A stretch of 64,000 nucleotides of DNA, taken from the NCBI GenBank assembly GCA_976226885.1, contig OZ320322.1, forward strand, positions 12,214,001 through 12,278,000. The letters run 5' to 3'. Shown here one piece after another: positions 1 to 12,204 of the stretch. The number at the start of each line of letters is the position of its first letter. Within the stretch, counting starts at the first letter, position 1. Below the pieces are notes generated by a model. That model saw only the letters and a list, made by a program, of their open reading frames with translations, made no database searches and was not told the DNA's origin. A program made the position numbers and the translations under genes. The DNA is from Iphione sp. A-MEVVRFRX5 (lineage: Eukaryota).

Positions 1-2
1 AG

Positions 3-1532
3 AGTGCAGTCGAAACCAATGTTGCCGTAGACGAACCTATTGTTGTACATTCAGTAACAGAAAAAACTGGGCAAACTAGCATTTTACATTATTTGCGACC
101 ATCTCCAAACAAAAAGATTGTGAATGTAGGAACGTCTGCTCCTACAATGAGTAATGAAGAGAAAACTGATGACCCTGCTCAAAAGATTATGAAGACGCCA
201 AAGTCAATGGAGTCTAACTCTGAAGCAGAGTGTCGGAAAAGGAAAAAAGAGAACAGCCCAGTAACTGAGCTAGGATTATGTATTGACGATTGTGATGTGG
301 ATGAATTTCCTCACCTGAAAAAGATCCTACATGCCCTGATGAAGCAAAACTCTGAAAATACAGACCAGATTAAACAGTGTATGACTGATCAATGCTCCAA
401 ATTAGAAACAACTATTGGATCGTTATCTGATAAGTTGCAGTCGGGTTTAGCCACTATAAGTGAGCACACAAATAAGATAACTGCACTGGAAAAGGGTATC
501 GAGGAACTGAGAGTGGAGAATCAGTCTCTAAAAGAACAAATGGAGATAATGAAATTTGCCAATAAAAAAGGATCTCAATCTGCTGTACTCGAAGAGTTAG
601 ATAAAAGAACAAGAAATAACAATCTATACATAGATGGTTTAGATGAGAGGCCCGATGAAGATGTAGCAGAAAGAGTCATAGAACTCTTCATGGACATTGA
701 TGTTTCAGTGGACTATGACGAATTGGATCAGGTATATCGCATACCCAAGAAAGGTAGTAATACCCCAATCATATTCGTCAGACTGACTCGTAATATTGTG
801 AAAGCTGAAATTATGAGAAATAAAAAGAAGCTGAAAGACAGAAAGGTATGGATAAATCCTGACCTGACGAAGAATGAGCGTCTCATTCAACAAAAACTGA
901 AGAAAAAAGCTACAGAATTGAAAGAAATCAATCCCGACCTGAAGATAACAATCCGCTCAAATAGACTGAGGGTCGATGGAAAATGGTACGGGATCGACAA
1001 TTTAACTGAGATACCAGTAAATGCTGACGTGACCATGGAATCGACTGAAGAAAAGGCTGAAGAGAGAAAGATAATTTCCTTTGCTGGTCCAACAAATGTC
1101 CTGTCGAATCTATATGATTCACCCTTTGACTGGGACAAAGGAGTGTTCCAATCAGTGGAACAGGCTTACACTTATAGTAAGTGTAAGGCGGCTGGCATAG
1201 TATCTAAACAAACTGCTGCACTACATACGACCAGCTATCGGGAACTGAAGAAAATTAGGCGTTCTCTTCCAGTAATCCAGGACTGGAATAAATTAAAAAT
1301 GGAGATCATGGAGGAGATTTTGTACAGTAAGTTCACCCAAGTCTTAAATGCCAAGATGGTACTTATTACCACTGCAAACGCAAGACTGGTTGAGGGTACA
1401 ACACATCATTTTTGGGGTGCTGGTGTACCTAGAAATTCAAAGCTTATTGCCAAAGGAATGTATCCAGGTGAAAACTGGCCTGGGCACCTATTGGAATGAG
1501 TGAGATCACGCCTCTCAATGGACATTGAGTAG
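3..1532 (+). pseudogene. LINE ORF1-like protein (coiled coil + L1-type RRM) fused to a C-terminal NADAR/YbiA-like domain; one premature TGA at 1497-1499
   Basis: The frame is open from base 3 with no stop before the TTG at 93. It shows a heptad region (NKITALEKGIEELRVENQSLKEQME), then ORF1-type motifs RNNNLYIDGLDE..VYRI..PIIFVRL..VWINPDLT. From ~1071 come NADAR motifs SF..LSNLY, SVEQAY..SK, DW..KMEIM..ILYSKFTQ, LVEG..FWG, G.N..G.LL. Reading through the TGA gives VRSRLSMDIE*, completing the usual 'LL..VR..L' end. Confidence 0.85.
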
Positions 1533-1646
1533 TACCCTAGTGTGAAATCAGCTACACCGTCTAATTGTGTTACATAATAATTTTACACGTGCAGGACTGC
1601 AATACGAGTATATGGGCACAACGCTGAGTGAAGTGACGCAGGAAAC

Positions 1647-2330
1647 ATGGCTCTCGAAAACAACATTTATTTCTTTTCATCTAGCCACGGTCGTGGTCTG
1701 GAACCTATATTTCGTCACTACGGATGGAATGTCAATGTTAAGTACTACCCCGGTGCGACCATTGAATCTATCACAGGACACATTATCTGGGATACACACG
1801 ACCCTTATCCTGGAGTTATTGTCGTGATGTGTGGCGGCAATAATATCACGCAGATGGTAAGATGTCGACAAACGACTGGTTCGAGGGTCAGGTATGTAAC
1901 TCCACGACATGATACGATTGAACAAACTGTAAATGAAGTTATGAACTCTCTTTGGCACAGTAGATACCTGATTCAGACCCGTTACCCATACAGCATGATT
2001 ATTTTCTGTACAATCTTCGGTTTGGACTATGCCACCTTTAACCATCACCTGAATGGCTATGGGGGGTGCAGTGAAAATACCAGACGAATTCAGGACCGGC
2101 TACATACTACAGTGACGATTATTAACCAGCAGATAATGTTGTTAAATCGTTCCTTTGGTATCCCTACCCCCTGGGCTAACACGGTCATACACACCCGACA
2201 CCATGGCAACTGGAGACATCGGATGGCTCGGTACAGAGACGGATGTCAGTTAAGGGATGTGTGGAAATACAAACTTGTGAGGAAAATAATAGATGCCCTA
2301 AGAAGGTTGTTTTATGGCAACAGATGGTGA
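1647..2330 (+). CDS. SGNH/GDSL-type esterase ORF (227 aa) of the kind found in LINE ORF1 proteins; catalytic His position reads Gln
   Basis: Block I-like FSSSHGRGL, block II PGATIESI, block III VIVVMCGGNN, block V RDGCQL (normally DGxH). The ATG has a good context (aacATGG) and an in-frame stop just upstream (1629-1631), so it is a separate ORF. Confidence 0.7.
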   Translation: MALENNIYFFSSSHGRGLEPIFRHYGWNVNVKYYPGATIESITGHIIWDTHDPYPGVIVVMCGGNNITQMVRCRQTTGSRVRYVTPRHDTIEQTVNEVMNSLWHSRYLIQTRYPYSMIIFCTIFGLDYATFNHHLNGYGGCSENTRRIQDRLHTTVTIINQQIMLLNRSFGIPTPWANTVIHTRHHGNWRHRMARYRDGCQLRDVWKYKLVRKIIDALRRLFYGNRW

Positions 2331-2638
2331 TTGAAGGTAAACTTTGTAAATTTTGAATATATAACACTTAATTTTTTATGTTCGAGCAAAATGTATTTAT
2401 ATTGGATGTGATCCTTATAATTTGAAAATATATTAGTTGATATAATAAATGGATAAATCATTTATGATATATTGTTGCTGATATATCTGTTATTCAGGAG
2501 ATAGGGTACTGGAATGTTGTGAATGATGACACAAAACATGGATGCGGCCTGGATACTGCAGTGGATTGAATTATACAGATGTAACTATTCTTGAGACGAC
2601 TGTTGACTGTATGCTTACCATATTGAGCGTTCTGTAGT

Positions 2639-2691
2639 AACAAAAAAAAGAAAGAAAAAAAAAACAAAAAACAAAAAAACAACAAAAAAAA
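2639..2691 (+). repeat. A-rich tract inside the LINE inter-ORF spacer
   Basis: Imperfect A-run, aacaaaaaaaagaaag...caacaaaaaaaa, read directly. Confidence 0.9.
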
Positions 2692-3533
2692 TTTTATGGA
2701 TGGATGTAATCCTGAAAAAAAAATGATACAATTAGCCTAAAATATTTAGATAACGAAATGACTGGATCTAACTTGAATGGATGTGATCCTGTAAAGCTAT
2801 GAAATAGTCGTTGCTGTAATAAATAATATTCTATATTGTTCTAATGGATGTGATCCTGTAAAGTTATAGTAAATTAATGGTAATTCAGATTCTTGTGTAT
2901 AATCAAATAGTGGTAAAATATAAAATTGACTTGAATGTTTTGGTATCAGAGGTACTTATGTAGCCCAAGTTGTATTGTACAACTCCGTCATACATTGGGA
3001 GCGGACGATATCCTATAAAAACATTAGTACACTTTTTATGTATAAAATGTATAATCCAAAGAAAAAAGGGTTGTTACAAATTGATTTAACCAGGAGTTAT
3101 TAATAAACATGATGGATAGTGGTGCCGCTTTGAAATGTATTGATTTTAATTTTTAACAGATGGGCTATAAGTATTACATTGGTTCTACTAGTGAATCTGT
3201 ACACGGCCATTCGTCCTCTGGATACCTTGGTGGCGTTGAAATAATGAAATGATGCACTACATAATTTATCACAAATAGGTTTAAGAAATCCTATGTAAAA
3301 TGATTCAGACTAATATGTTAGTAAATTAATAAAGAGTGGTCGGTCGGGTGGGCGTACTTAAATGACAACCTATTATTTAAATATTCCTTTTAATTGTAAG
3401 GTAATGTTTTGTTTAATAATGTTGTATTTAGATTTACGTTGTTCTTGTTGTTTCTATGCATTGAATTTTCTTTATTATAACAATGCTATTTTAGACTCTA
3501 ACGATGCTGTGACGAATACTACAAATGGTCTGA

Positions 3534-5975
3534 GTGGCAGTTCAACTATATATAATGACAGGATGTGACGTGCTGCATAGGCTGAGTATTTATCATCTGA
3601 ATATTAGAAGTCTTCCAGGTAAGATAGAAGAGTTTTACATATTATTTAAAAAATTATGTCCTGATGTACTTGTGCTAAGCGAGACATGGTTAATACCATC
3701 GATACCTAGTAGTCTTATAGAGCAGTCTGATTACGATATAATAAGGGTGGACCGTGTGGGTAGAAGAGGAGGTGGTTTACTTGTCTATATTAGAAAGTGC
3801 AAAAACATGGTAATTGAAATAAACACAGACTTTTTGATTGTAAACACTGATATTGAATTGTGTCATATCACCCTATGTTTCAGTAGTGGAAACATTGATT
3901 TGACTGCGGTGTATCGACCCCCGTCTGGAAATATTAACTCATTTATAGGCTACCTAGAACAACATTGCATGGTTAATAATTTTTCTGAGAAATCAAAATG
4001 GGTCTTTATTGGTGATTTTAATATTGATTGGTATAAAGATAATACAGCAAAACAGAAAATGTTAGACTTTTGTCCTCAATACCAACTGAAGCAGTTAGTT
4101 AAGGAAAATACCCGCGTGACTGCAAACTCTAGGAGCACTATCGATTTGTGTTTGAGTAATCTGTCTAGGGTGATTTATGTTAAGGTATTAACATGTACAA
4201 TTAGTGACCATAATATTGTGGAATGTTTTATTAAGATTCGCAATATACATAAAGTTGAGAAAGAAATTAGATATTATATGAACTATACTCAGCTGACATA
4301 TAATAACTTGGGACCGAGGCTATATGCAATCGACTGGTACCCTATATACTGCACTAACAATGTGGAGGAAATGTGGTAACTATTCCTAAATAATGTACTT
4401 CGTATAATCTTTTCTCTAAGTACCAGAAAACATTGTCAAGTACGCAAGGATACAGCAGGATGGGTTACTGGTGAGTTTGTTGATGCTGTACAAGATAAAC
4501 ACCGTGCAGTTAGGACGTATAGAATCACTGGCAACAGTGGGGATAGGGAACAAATGCTATCCCAGCAGAGAAGGGTGAGAGCGATGGGGATAATGTTAAA
4601 AAAAGACTACATTAAGAGGCGATTACAAGCCACTGCAGGGGAACCCTATGTTTTTTGGCGAAATTTAAAGAAAAACCTGGGATTTGACAAAAAAACTGAT
4701 GATGTACAGCAAAAGATATCTACTGAAGAGATAGAATTGGCAAATAAATTTAATAAATTCTTTATTAATGTGGGGACACGTATTGCGGCACAATTGCCAA
4801 ATGTAGTAGAAACCCCTATCGACTATGACTGTAACCATAAATTTATTATGAAATCCGTATCCCTATCAGAACTACACCAAATAATGAGGGGCCTAAAAGA
4901 TCGTAAAGCGAGTATGATGAATAACGTACCAAGTAAAATTTGGAGGGATTTATTCATGATCACAATATCTGAAATTAAGACAATCATCAACTGCTCGTTT
5001 AGCACCGGTATAGTCCCCAAAAGTTGGAAGGAAGCTACTGTGTCAGTATTGCACAAGGGTGGGTGTAAGTTAGACCCAGGCAATTATAGACCGATTAGTC
5101 AATTGCCTTTAATAAGTAAAATAGCTGAAAAACTCCTGGCAACGAGAATAATGAATTATCTTGAAAATAGTTCCCTACTTGCGGTGGAACAACACGGATT
5201 CAGACATAATCACGGTACAGATACGGCGATAGTCAGCTTTTTGAATAAGATTTATATGGGTTTGAACCTTGGAAAAGTGATTGCATCTGCATATATAGAC
5301 TTCTCCAAGGCATTCGATTCCGTTTGTCATGATTTAATTATCAATAAAATGCAATGCTTGGGCTTTAATGAAATAATTCCCTGGATTAGATCTTACCTGA
5401 GTGAGCGGGCCCAGATAACAAAAATAGGCACTTCGCAATCGAGTCGACTTGATATTTCATGTGGTGTCCCACAGGGGTCTGTGTTAGGCCCAATAATGTT
5501 TTTAATTTTCATTAATGATATTCCTAAAATCCTTAGAAATTGTGAATGCGTTATAGACGCCGATGACATTGTAATTATAAGTGAAGGTAACGATATTTAC
5601 GAGTGTCAAGAGAAACTGCAAGATGACCTGGACAGAATTGAAAGTTGGTCTAATAGTAACAGAATATTGATAAATAAAAAGAAAACTAAAATCCAACGAT
5701 TCGGTCGTAATGCTACCAGAGAAAAGATGGTCATCAAAATTGGTGATACTGAAATTGAAGATGTAATGAAGTTCAAATACCTAGGCATAATTATTGACTC
5801 TAAATTAAATTGGAAAGATTACATTGAGGACCTTCTCCGTAGAGGTTATACTGGAAATATAATTCAGTGATACAAAATTAAATCAAATATAGAAATAGAA
5901 GTGATTAACCATTGGACTGGATGTGATCCTAAGGAATTGGATGTAATCCAAAATCGATCTGTTACAACAATATAA
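3534..5975 (+). pseudogene. LINE ORF2: apurinic-like endonuclease + reverse transcriptase, inactivated
   Basis: APE motifs: HLNIRSL, LSETWL, RGGGLLVYIR, VYRPPSG, GDFNID, TRVT..STIDL, SDHNIV. RT motifs: NYRPIS, QHGFR, DFSKAFDSV, GVPQGSVLGP, KYLG..DSKLNW. The two track ORFs (3534-4379 and 4554-5870) are in the same frame, split by TAA at 4377-4379. YADD reads DADD. The frame continues past TGA 5868 as ..HWTGCDPKELDVIQNRS.., which resembles a LINE C-terminal region. Confidence 0.93.
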
Positions 5976-8799
5976 CTTGATATTATAGAATATGCTATAC
6001 TCAGTATCTGGAACCTTATTAATATTATACTTAGCACGAATACGAATACTAATACTCAGCCTTTATGCCATCTTCACTATATTAATAGTTCACTTAGCCA
6101 CTCAGACCTTCAACCTTTATGTATGATTAATATTTTGTTAGATATTGGAATCACGGCATCGAATGCTGGTTGCGAATACAGAAATGTATGATTATTGACC
6201 AGTTGAAATAAAGATTTATATATATATTTTAAAACAAGATGCAGGCCTACGTCTATGCCAGGCTGGGGCATGTAACAATATCTATATTGGTAATCATAAG
6301 TTTTAGAAACAGAGTCAATTGTTGACTCCTTTGTCTGTGTAAATGGGCCACGAGGCTACCACTCTCCTTCAGCGGAGGAAACGACAAACTTATTATTATG
6401 TAATTTCATGACCTGCCAAGGCCATGTAGTCTGTTTCACGTTCTTAAAAATGGATGAATCAGCAATAGTCCCAGGGCACATGCACATCTCATAGGGTCCT
6501 GTGGTGTCTCTTATTCAGGACACGCATGATAAAAGTGTCCATAAATAAAACATGATTATGGCTCCCCTGGTGTATCGGAGATACCATTTGACGCAGTCAG
6601 CAGTAAAACAGTAACAACTCACCTGAGGGCAATTTTCAGCACGAGGACAATTCGGAACTACTGTATTGTTCTTTGTCATAAAAAACATCGCAGTGAGTAG
6701 GGAAACTCACAACAAGAGGCAAAACTGCCTGGTCCTACTGAGTCTTATCAAGCTAGTTTCTGCGTTGCTTTTGTATACGATTGATTTTTTAATTGAAATT
6801 GAAATTGCGTTATTGTCCTCTCTGCACATGTTTACAGAGTTATCCAAGACAAGTTACATTTTTTTCAATGGTGTTGTAAACGTTGTTCCGAAAATATGCC
6901 AGCCTGACAAATTAAAAGAAATGACCATTACAGATTATCATTGAACAGTTTTAATTATAAATTAGTTCCTTATATGGGCCCGAGAACTAATTAATGGCAA
7001 GAACAAATATCATTGACTGAAATAACGTGGACAAAGATTTTGACCTTCGATCAGTAGATATTATGCAGTCCAAGGTGACACCCAAGATGTCCTAAATGTT
7101 CAGTCGCTTTCTGTTTTCCTTTTTTGAGCATGTTCCTTTCCATACTGCCTTCCTTCAGCATAAGCAAAGTGAACACTTCGGCACGTGGTCGCCTCGCCAA
7201 TGGGGCTATTGGATTAATGAAGGAAATTATAATGGGTTTAACCGATTTTAATCTTTTCTCTAACTGACGAGGTTTAATGAGGTTACCGCAATATTCCATC
7301 CAAATTAAGATGGAGCCATTAGTACCTGCATACCTCTGACAAGATGGCCGCCAGTGGCATTCACTTACGCTCACTTCGCCCAGTCCACGGTGATAATCAT
7401 ATTACTGTCAAACCATATTTTTAAAAAGGCCTGCACAATCTGTGACACAGCATGTTTTAAACAGCGCCCCCCCGATGCGTCTTCGTCATCATTCCAGTAA
7501 ACGAACCAGGATTAGTGATGTCTGATAAAAAAAGCCCCACCCGTCTACCCAGGGTTATGCCATGAGCGCTGTATTCGCACGTACTTATCGTCTCTCATTG
7601 GCAGGGCTGCTCCCCCATCAAAGCCAGACCTCTTTTTCCGTCGATCTTTCACCCACTGAGATTGAGTGCTCTTAATATGCACAGACACGCACGCTTGTCT
7701 GGTCTCATATGGAAGAAACACTCGATCCCCAGCTTTTGCCACACTTCACGTCCACATTACCATAGAGACATGGTTCTTGCAGTGCTTTTCGTTTTTTTTT
7801 AAATTCTGCCAAGTAGGCACTATGCCATGTCGTTCAGTATCGAATGCTGCATCTCTACCGAGAAATATTCAGCATACGTCGTTTTTTTATATTGATATAA
7901 AAGAGCTCCTAGTATTTAATTTCACTGCACACCCTGTCTTTCGTTGTCAGTAAATGTTTGCTGAGCTCTGGAACCACGAAGGCTGTTGTGTCTGGCTATG
8001 ACTATGAAGAACGGTTTGAAGATACAATATAACGGAGAGGTAACGAATGTGCGTTGCATACATTAAAATATTTCAGACACCGCTACATTAAATCTGCCAG
8101 TAGATATGAAGTCATGCTGAATGTGTTAATTTACACGAAGTATTGTTGGCTTCCGGCTGTATAAATGCCTCCTACCGTACCAGGATTATGTTTCATTTGA
8201 ATAATGTAATCTTTCAAGACGTGGCTAGGCCCTTCTCTCAATGAATGCTACCGAGTCTGTAGTTCTACCAGCTGGTTTAACCCGGCTTCGTCTGAGTGTG
8301 TGTGCCTTGCTTGCTTGTTGTTATAGCTACACCTTCTCATGTGTCACTTTGGCTTATTTTCCATGTTGTGTAATTTAAATTTGATAGGCAATTTTTTCCA
8401 CAAATAGCACGGTTTCGGCATTTGCCTCATCAGGCATTCTTTAGGAAGAGGTTGGATGGAGGGAATCCTTCTGTGTGGCATCCTATGCTGTGTTTTTTAG
8501 GGAACCATATTTGAAGGACAAAGTTGTGTCTACCTTCAAAGTTTTTCTTGTATATAATATAACCTGTAATGATTTCTATCCTTCAGCGATTGCTATCTCG
8601 GTTTAATACCGTCATATAATAATTGTGAAAAATGACAAACTTGTCATAGAATATTTCGGCATTTGTTTTATTGATAGTGGTTCACTGCACGGTGTACAGA
8701 TATAAGTATGAAAGGGTAGAGCATAATTATAGCAAAGCGAGAGGGTCCTAGAAATCTTTATACGTGTGACCTGGGTGATTACCCTATAATGTATGTGAC

Positions 8800-8801
8800 A
8801 T

Positions 8802-8840
<39 letters not shown>

Positions 8841-8985
8841 GCAGAGACAGAGACAGAGACAGAGACAGAGAAATAGAGAGGGAACGAGAGAGGAAGGAGT
8901 CAAAGAAAAACAAGAGACGGAGAAAGGGGGAAATACGGAGGGGGAGGGAAGTGAAAGAAGGGCAGAAAGAGAAAGAGAGAGAGCA
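8800..8985. repeat. (GA)n/(GAGACA)n microsatellite and purine-rich tract
   Basis: Direct reading. Confidence 0.9.
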
Positions 8986-11399
8986 CTTAGATGGTGCCAG
9001 GTGTTGGTATCAGGAGTGTCTCCCAGTATTTATTGTGTAAGTGATCAGACTGGGTCTTTTGGCAGGGAGTTTGGATGTCTTAGAGTAATGAATAATCCCG
9101 TGACTATGATGTGAGTTAAATCCTTGCCCTTAGGTCTGAGTTTAATTTCAATATTTGACCCTGTGGCAGAGTTGACAGAAAAATCATCGTGATGGCTCAT
9201 GATCGAAGTTAGAAGATCTCAATCATGCCATATGAGAAGTCTCCCTCACAGTAGCCATTATTGGGCATTGATGTGTATCTTACAGGTTATGAAATGATCC
9301 CAGCTGGTACTTTATAGTTAATATGGTCGGGAGATAGATGTATCTTGGTTGAGATAATCACCTCAGACCAAGTACTAACTACATTCCATTCATTGTGGGG
9401 TGTTACTGAGAGAGGGAAAGAGAGAGAGATATCTAAAATTGACTTTGGAACCACTTTATATGGTAAAGTGTCTCAGATGCTGAGCTCTGAAAGCGGCAGG
9501 TGGTGGGTTAAGTTGAAGGTAATAAAGAATGTCTAACTAAAAATATCTGGTCTACTCCAAGTGTACTAGAAATCAGTTGTACATGGGTGCGCCCTCTGAA
9601 GATGTGCAGGGAAAGAGTTTCTGTTTATTCCTGAAAGCTGTGTCCTTATATACCCGAGCTCATTATAGGCTTACTTAATCAGATCTCTATACAATAAATG
9701 TTTCAAAGTTAAAAATAACCATCCAGGTCACAGTTACGTAGGATGCAGTTCTCTCCATGGGGCACGGACCATAGAGCAATGATCACAGATCAGTGATCAC
9801 AGATCAATGACCACAGGCTACAGATCATACAGTGCTTATGATTTTACCACAACATATTTGTTACGCGTCCGCAGGGTGTCCCTTTATTGTACTGAAAAGT
9901 CTTAATTTTCTTATTTTCTCACTTGAAATACGCTGATGTACGGTCAACTTTGATTGTTTGATTGAATATTTTATAGATATTGCTGTCAGGATCATTCATT
10001 TCATGATACATTTCATGAATGTACTTCATTCAGTATGCGTTACCTTAGGATGTGAAGCCACTTACACTTGTACATTATTACCTTCAGAAACAAAATGGTA
10101 AGATCACTCTTTTTTAACACATTGCATCAGAAAAAGGCATATCGTTGTCAACGTAAGCTATGATAATGACGAAGAAGCAAATGCAAAGTACTGCATGAGG
10201 GGAATAAAATTTAATGAGTATACAAAAAAAATTGGTTACACGGAGAACGGTTGCAATGAATATGCTGCATATTTATGTTTTCTAGATTGCTTCATAGCCT
10301 ATCGCACTTAGAAAAAAAAACTACGTCGGCTATAATTTTCTTGAGTAAAAATGCGTGAAAGCATAATTTAATCATGATAAATTATTTAGCTGTAGTTTTT
10401 GAGTCCGTTGTGTCTCCTTAATTAACTCTAAAATCAGTAAAAATATATTTCACGTGGTTCGTGCAAAATCTGTGTCCTGACATTATTATGTAACTTCGAC
10501 AGCACTTACAGATTTCATTGTGAATATGTTGCTTTTCCCTATACAGGCTTGTTTCCATATAGAACTGGTTTCATTTATGACTCAGTCATGTGTTGTTGGA
10601 TTACGTCATAATCGATCAGCCTCACTGCTGAATGTTGCTCCAGGGGGCGTCCCGGTAGTGTAACACTACAAGTCTTTACCCTAGAGTGGAGCATATTGTT
10701 ATTGTTATGAACCTTTTGTTAGATATGGTGACTGCGTTGTAGCAAGGACATAACACTGAAACAGAGTACAGTATCTACAGGGCTTTTCTATTGGTATATG
10801 GATGTGTAAGGATATTTTTCCCTGTTGCGTATACAAACATGTATAAACGAAATCTACATAGTCAATTGCTGTAGCGTGGACAACTTGTGATTCGGGGTAA
10901 AACTGCCCTCTGATAATTGGCATATTTTGATATAATTTTACACTACTGTATGCAGTATAAATTCTTTACTAAGCTGCCCCATTCCCTGGAAATGTCCACA
11001 TTGCTGTCTGTTAATAATATGATGTTTGACCTGTGCTGCTATATGGGGACAAATGCTGCCTGCAGATAAACACACGCACACTTAAATGTTTGATGATATC
11101 TTTTTCGATGTAATGAGAGGACTGAGTGAGCAGTGACCGGAAAAGAAAACAGTCAATAGACCATTGGTGAATTAGACTCACTGGCACGGTTTATAGCTAC
11201 ATGTCAGAATAATGTGATCCACGGTTAGACAAATATTTATTAATTTCTGCATAACTCTAGGGCTGGTCCTCCAGCACCTCTCTGCTCATTCAGTTTGCCT
11301 TGCTCACATTAAAGATATCGTTTTGAGGAAATTCTCCTCGTATCTGCAGCATTACTTTTGTGTGAAGTGATCCTTAAACATGCTACGCGGCGTGGTAAA

Positions 11400-12156
11400 C
11401 AGGGGAAGAGGGGAGAGTGGGATCAGGACAGGGAGAGTAGGATCAGGACAAAGAAATATATATATGTAAAGAGAGAGAGTGAGGAGAGGGAGAAAGGGTA
11501 GGAACATGGATAGAATAGGGAGAAACAAGGCGAATGGGGGAGAAGAGGGTTTAAAAGAGAGATATAGAGATACAGAGAAATATAGAGGGCAGAGGGACAG
11601 GTAGAAGCAGAAAGGAGGGATACAAACGGAACAAGAGGAGAAAGACGAAAGAGAGGGAGAAAGAGAATGGGAAATAGAGTGACAATAAGGAAATATGGAA
11701 AAAGATGGAGTAGAGAGAGTGAAAGAGACTTACGAAAAGAGAGGAAGGGAGAATGAAAGGGATAAAAAAGAAAGGAGGAGAGAAAGAGAGAGGAGAAAGG
11801 TAGTCACGAAGTTTGAGATGGGGAGAGAGGAAGAGAGAGTAGCAAAATGTCGGGTTAGAGGATGAGGCAGGAGGGACTCAGAGCAGTAAAGACGTAAGGA
11901 GAAGGAGACAGAGAGAAAGGGGGGAGAGACAGCGGTAGATATTGCATAAGGGGGAGGTAACAATGATACCGAGGGAGAAGAAGGAAAGGTGACAGAATAG
12001 GAGGAAGGTAAAGAGAGCCAGAGGCAGAGATGGGGGGGCAGAGAGAGGCAGAGAGATAGAGTTGGAATAGGAGGGAGGTAAAGAGAGTTGGAGGGAGAGA
12101 GAGAGAGAAACGGAGAGACGGAAAGAAACAGAAAAATGAAGTTGGAGGGAGGTAAA

Positions 12157-12201
<45 letters not shown>
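11400..12201. repeat. Purine-rich low-complexity tract ending in (GA)n
   Basis: About 800 bp almost entirely A/G on the + strand; it explains several spurious S/L-rich ORFs. Confidence 0.9.

Positions 12202-12204
<3 letters not shown>

Larger units (their letters stand above)
1..6234 (+). mobile_element. Non-LTR retrotransposon (CR1/L2/Crack/Daphne-like group), decayed copy; 5' end lies left of the window
   Basis: Four co-oriented modules: ORF1 (<3-1532), esterase ORF (1647-2330), and APE + RT in one frame (3534-5870+). AATAAA at 6207-6212 is followed by (TA)n/A4, taken as the 3' end. That all modules belong to one element is inferred. Confidence 0.8.

Noticed and set aside
7700-7780. Minus-strand peptide NVDVKCGKSWG resembling the PolA C-terminal motif
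   Set aside because: No other polymerase motifs nearby and the frame is short.
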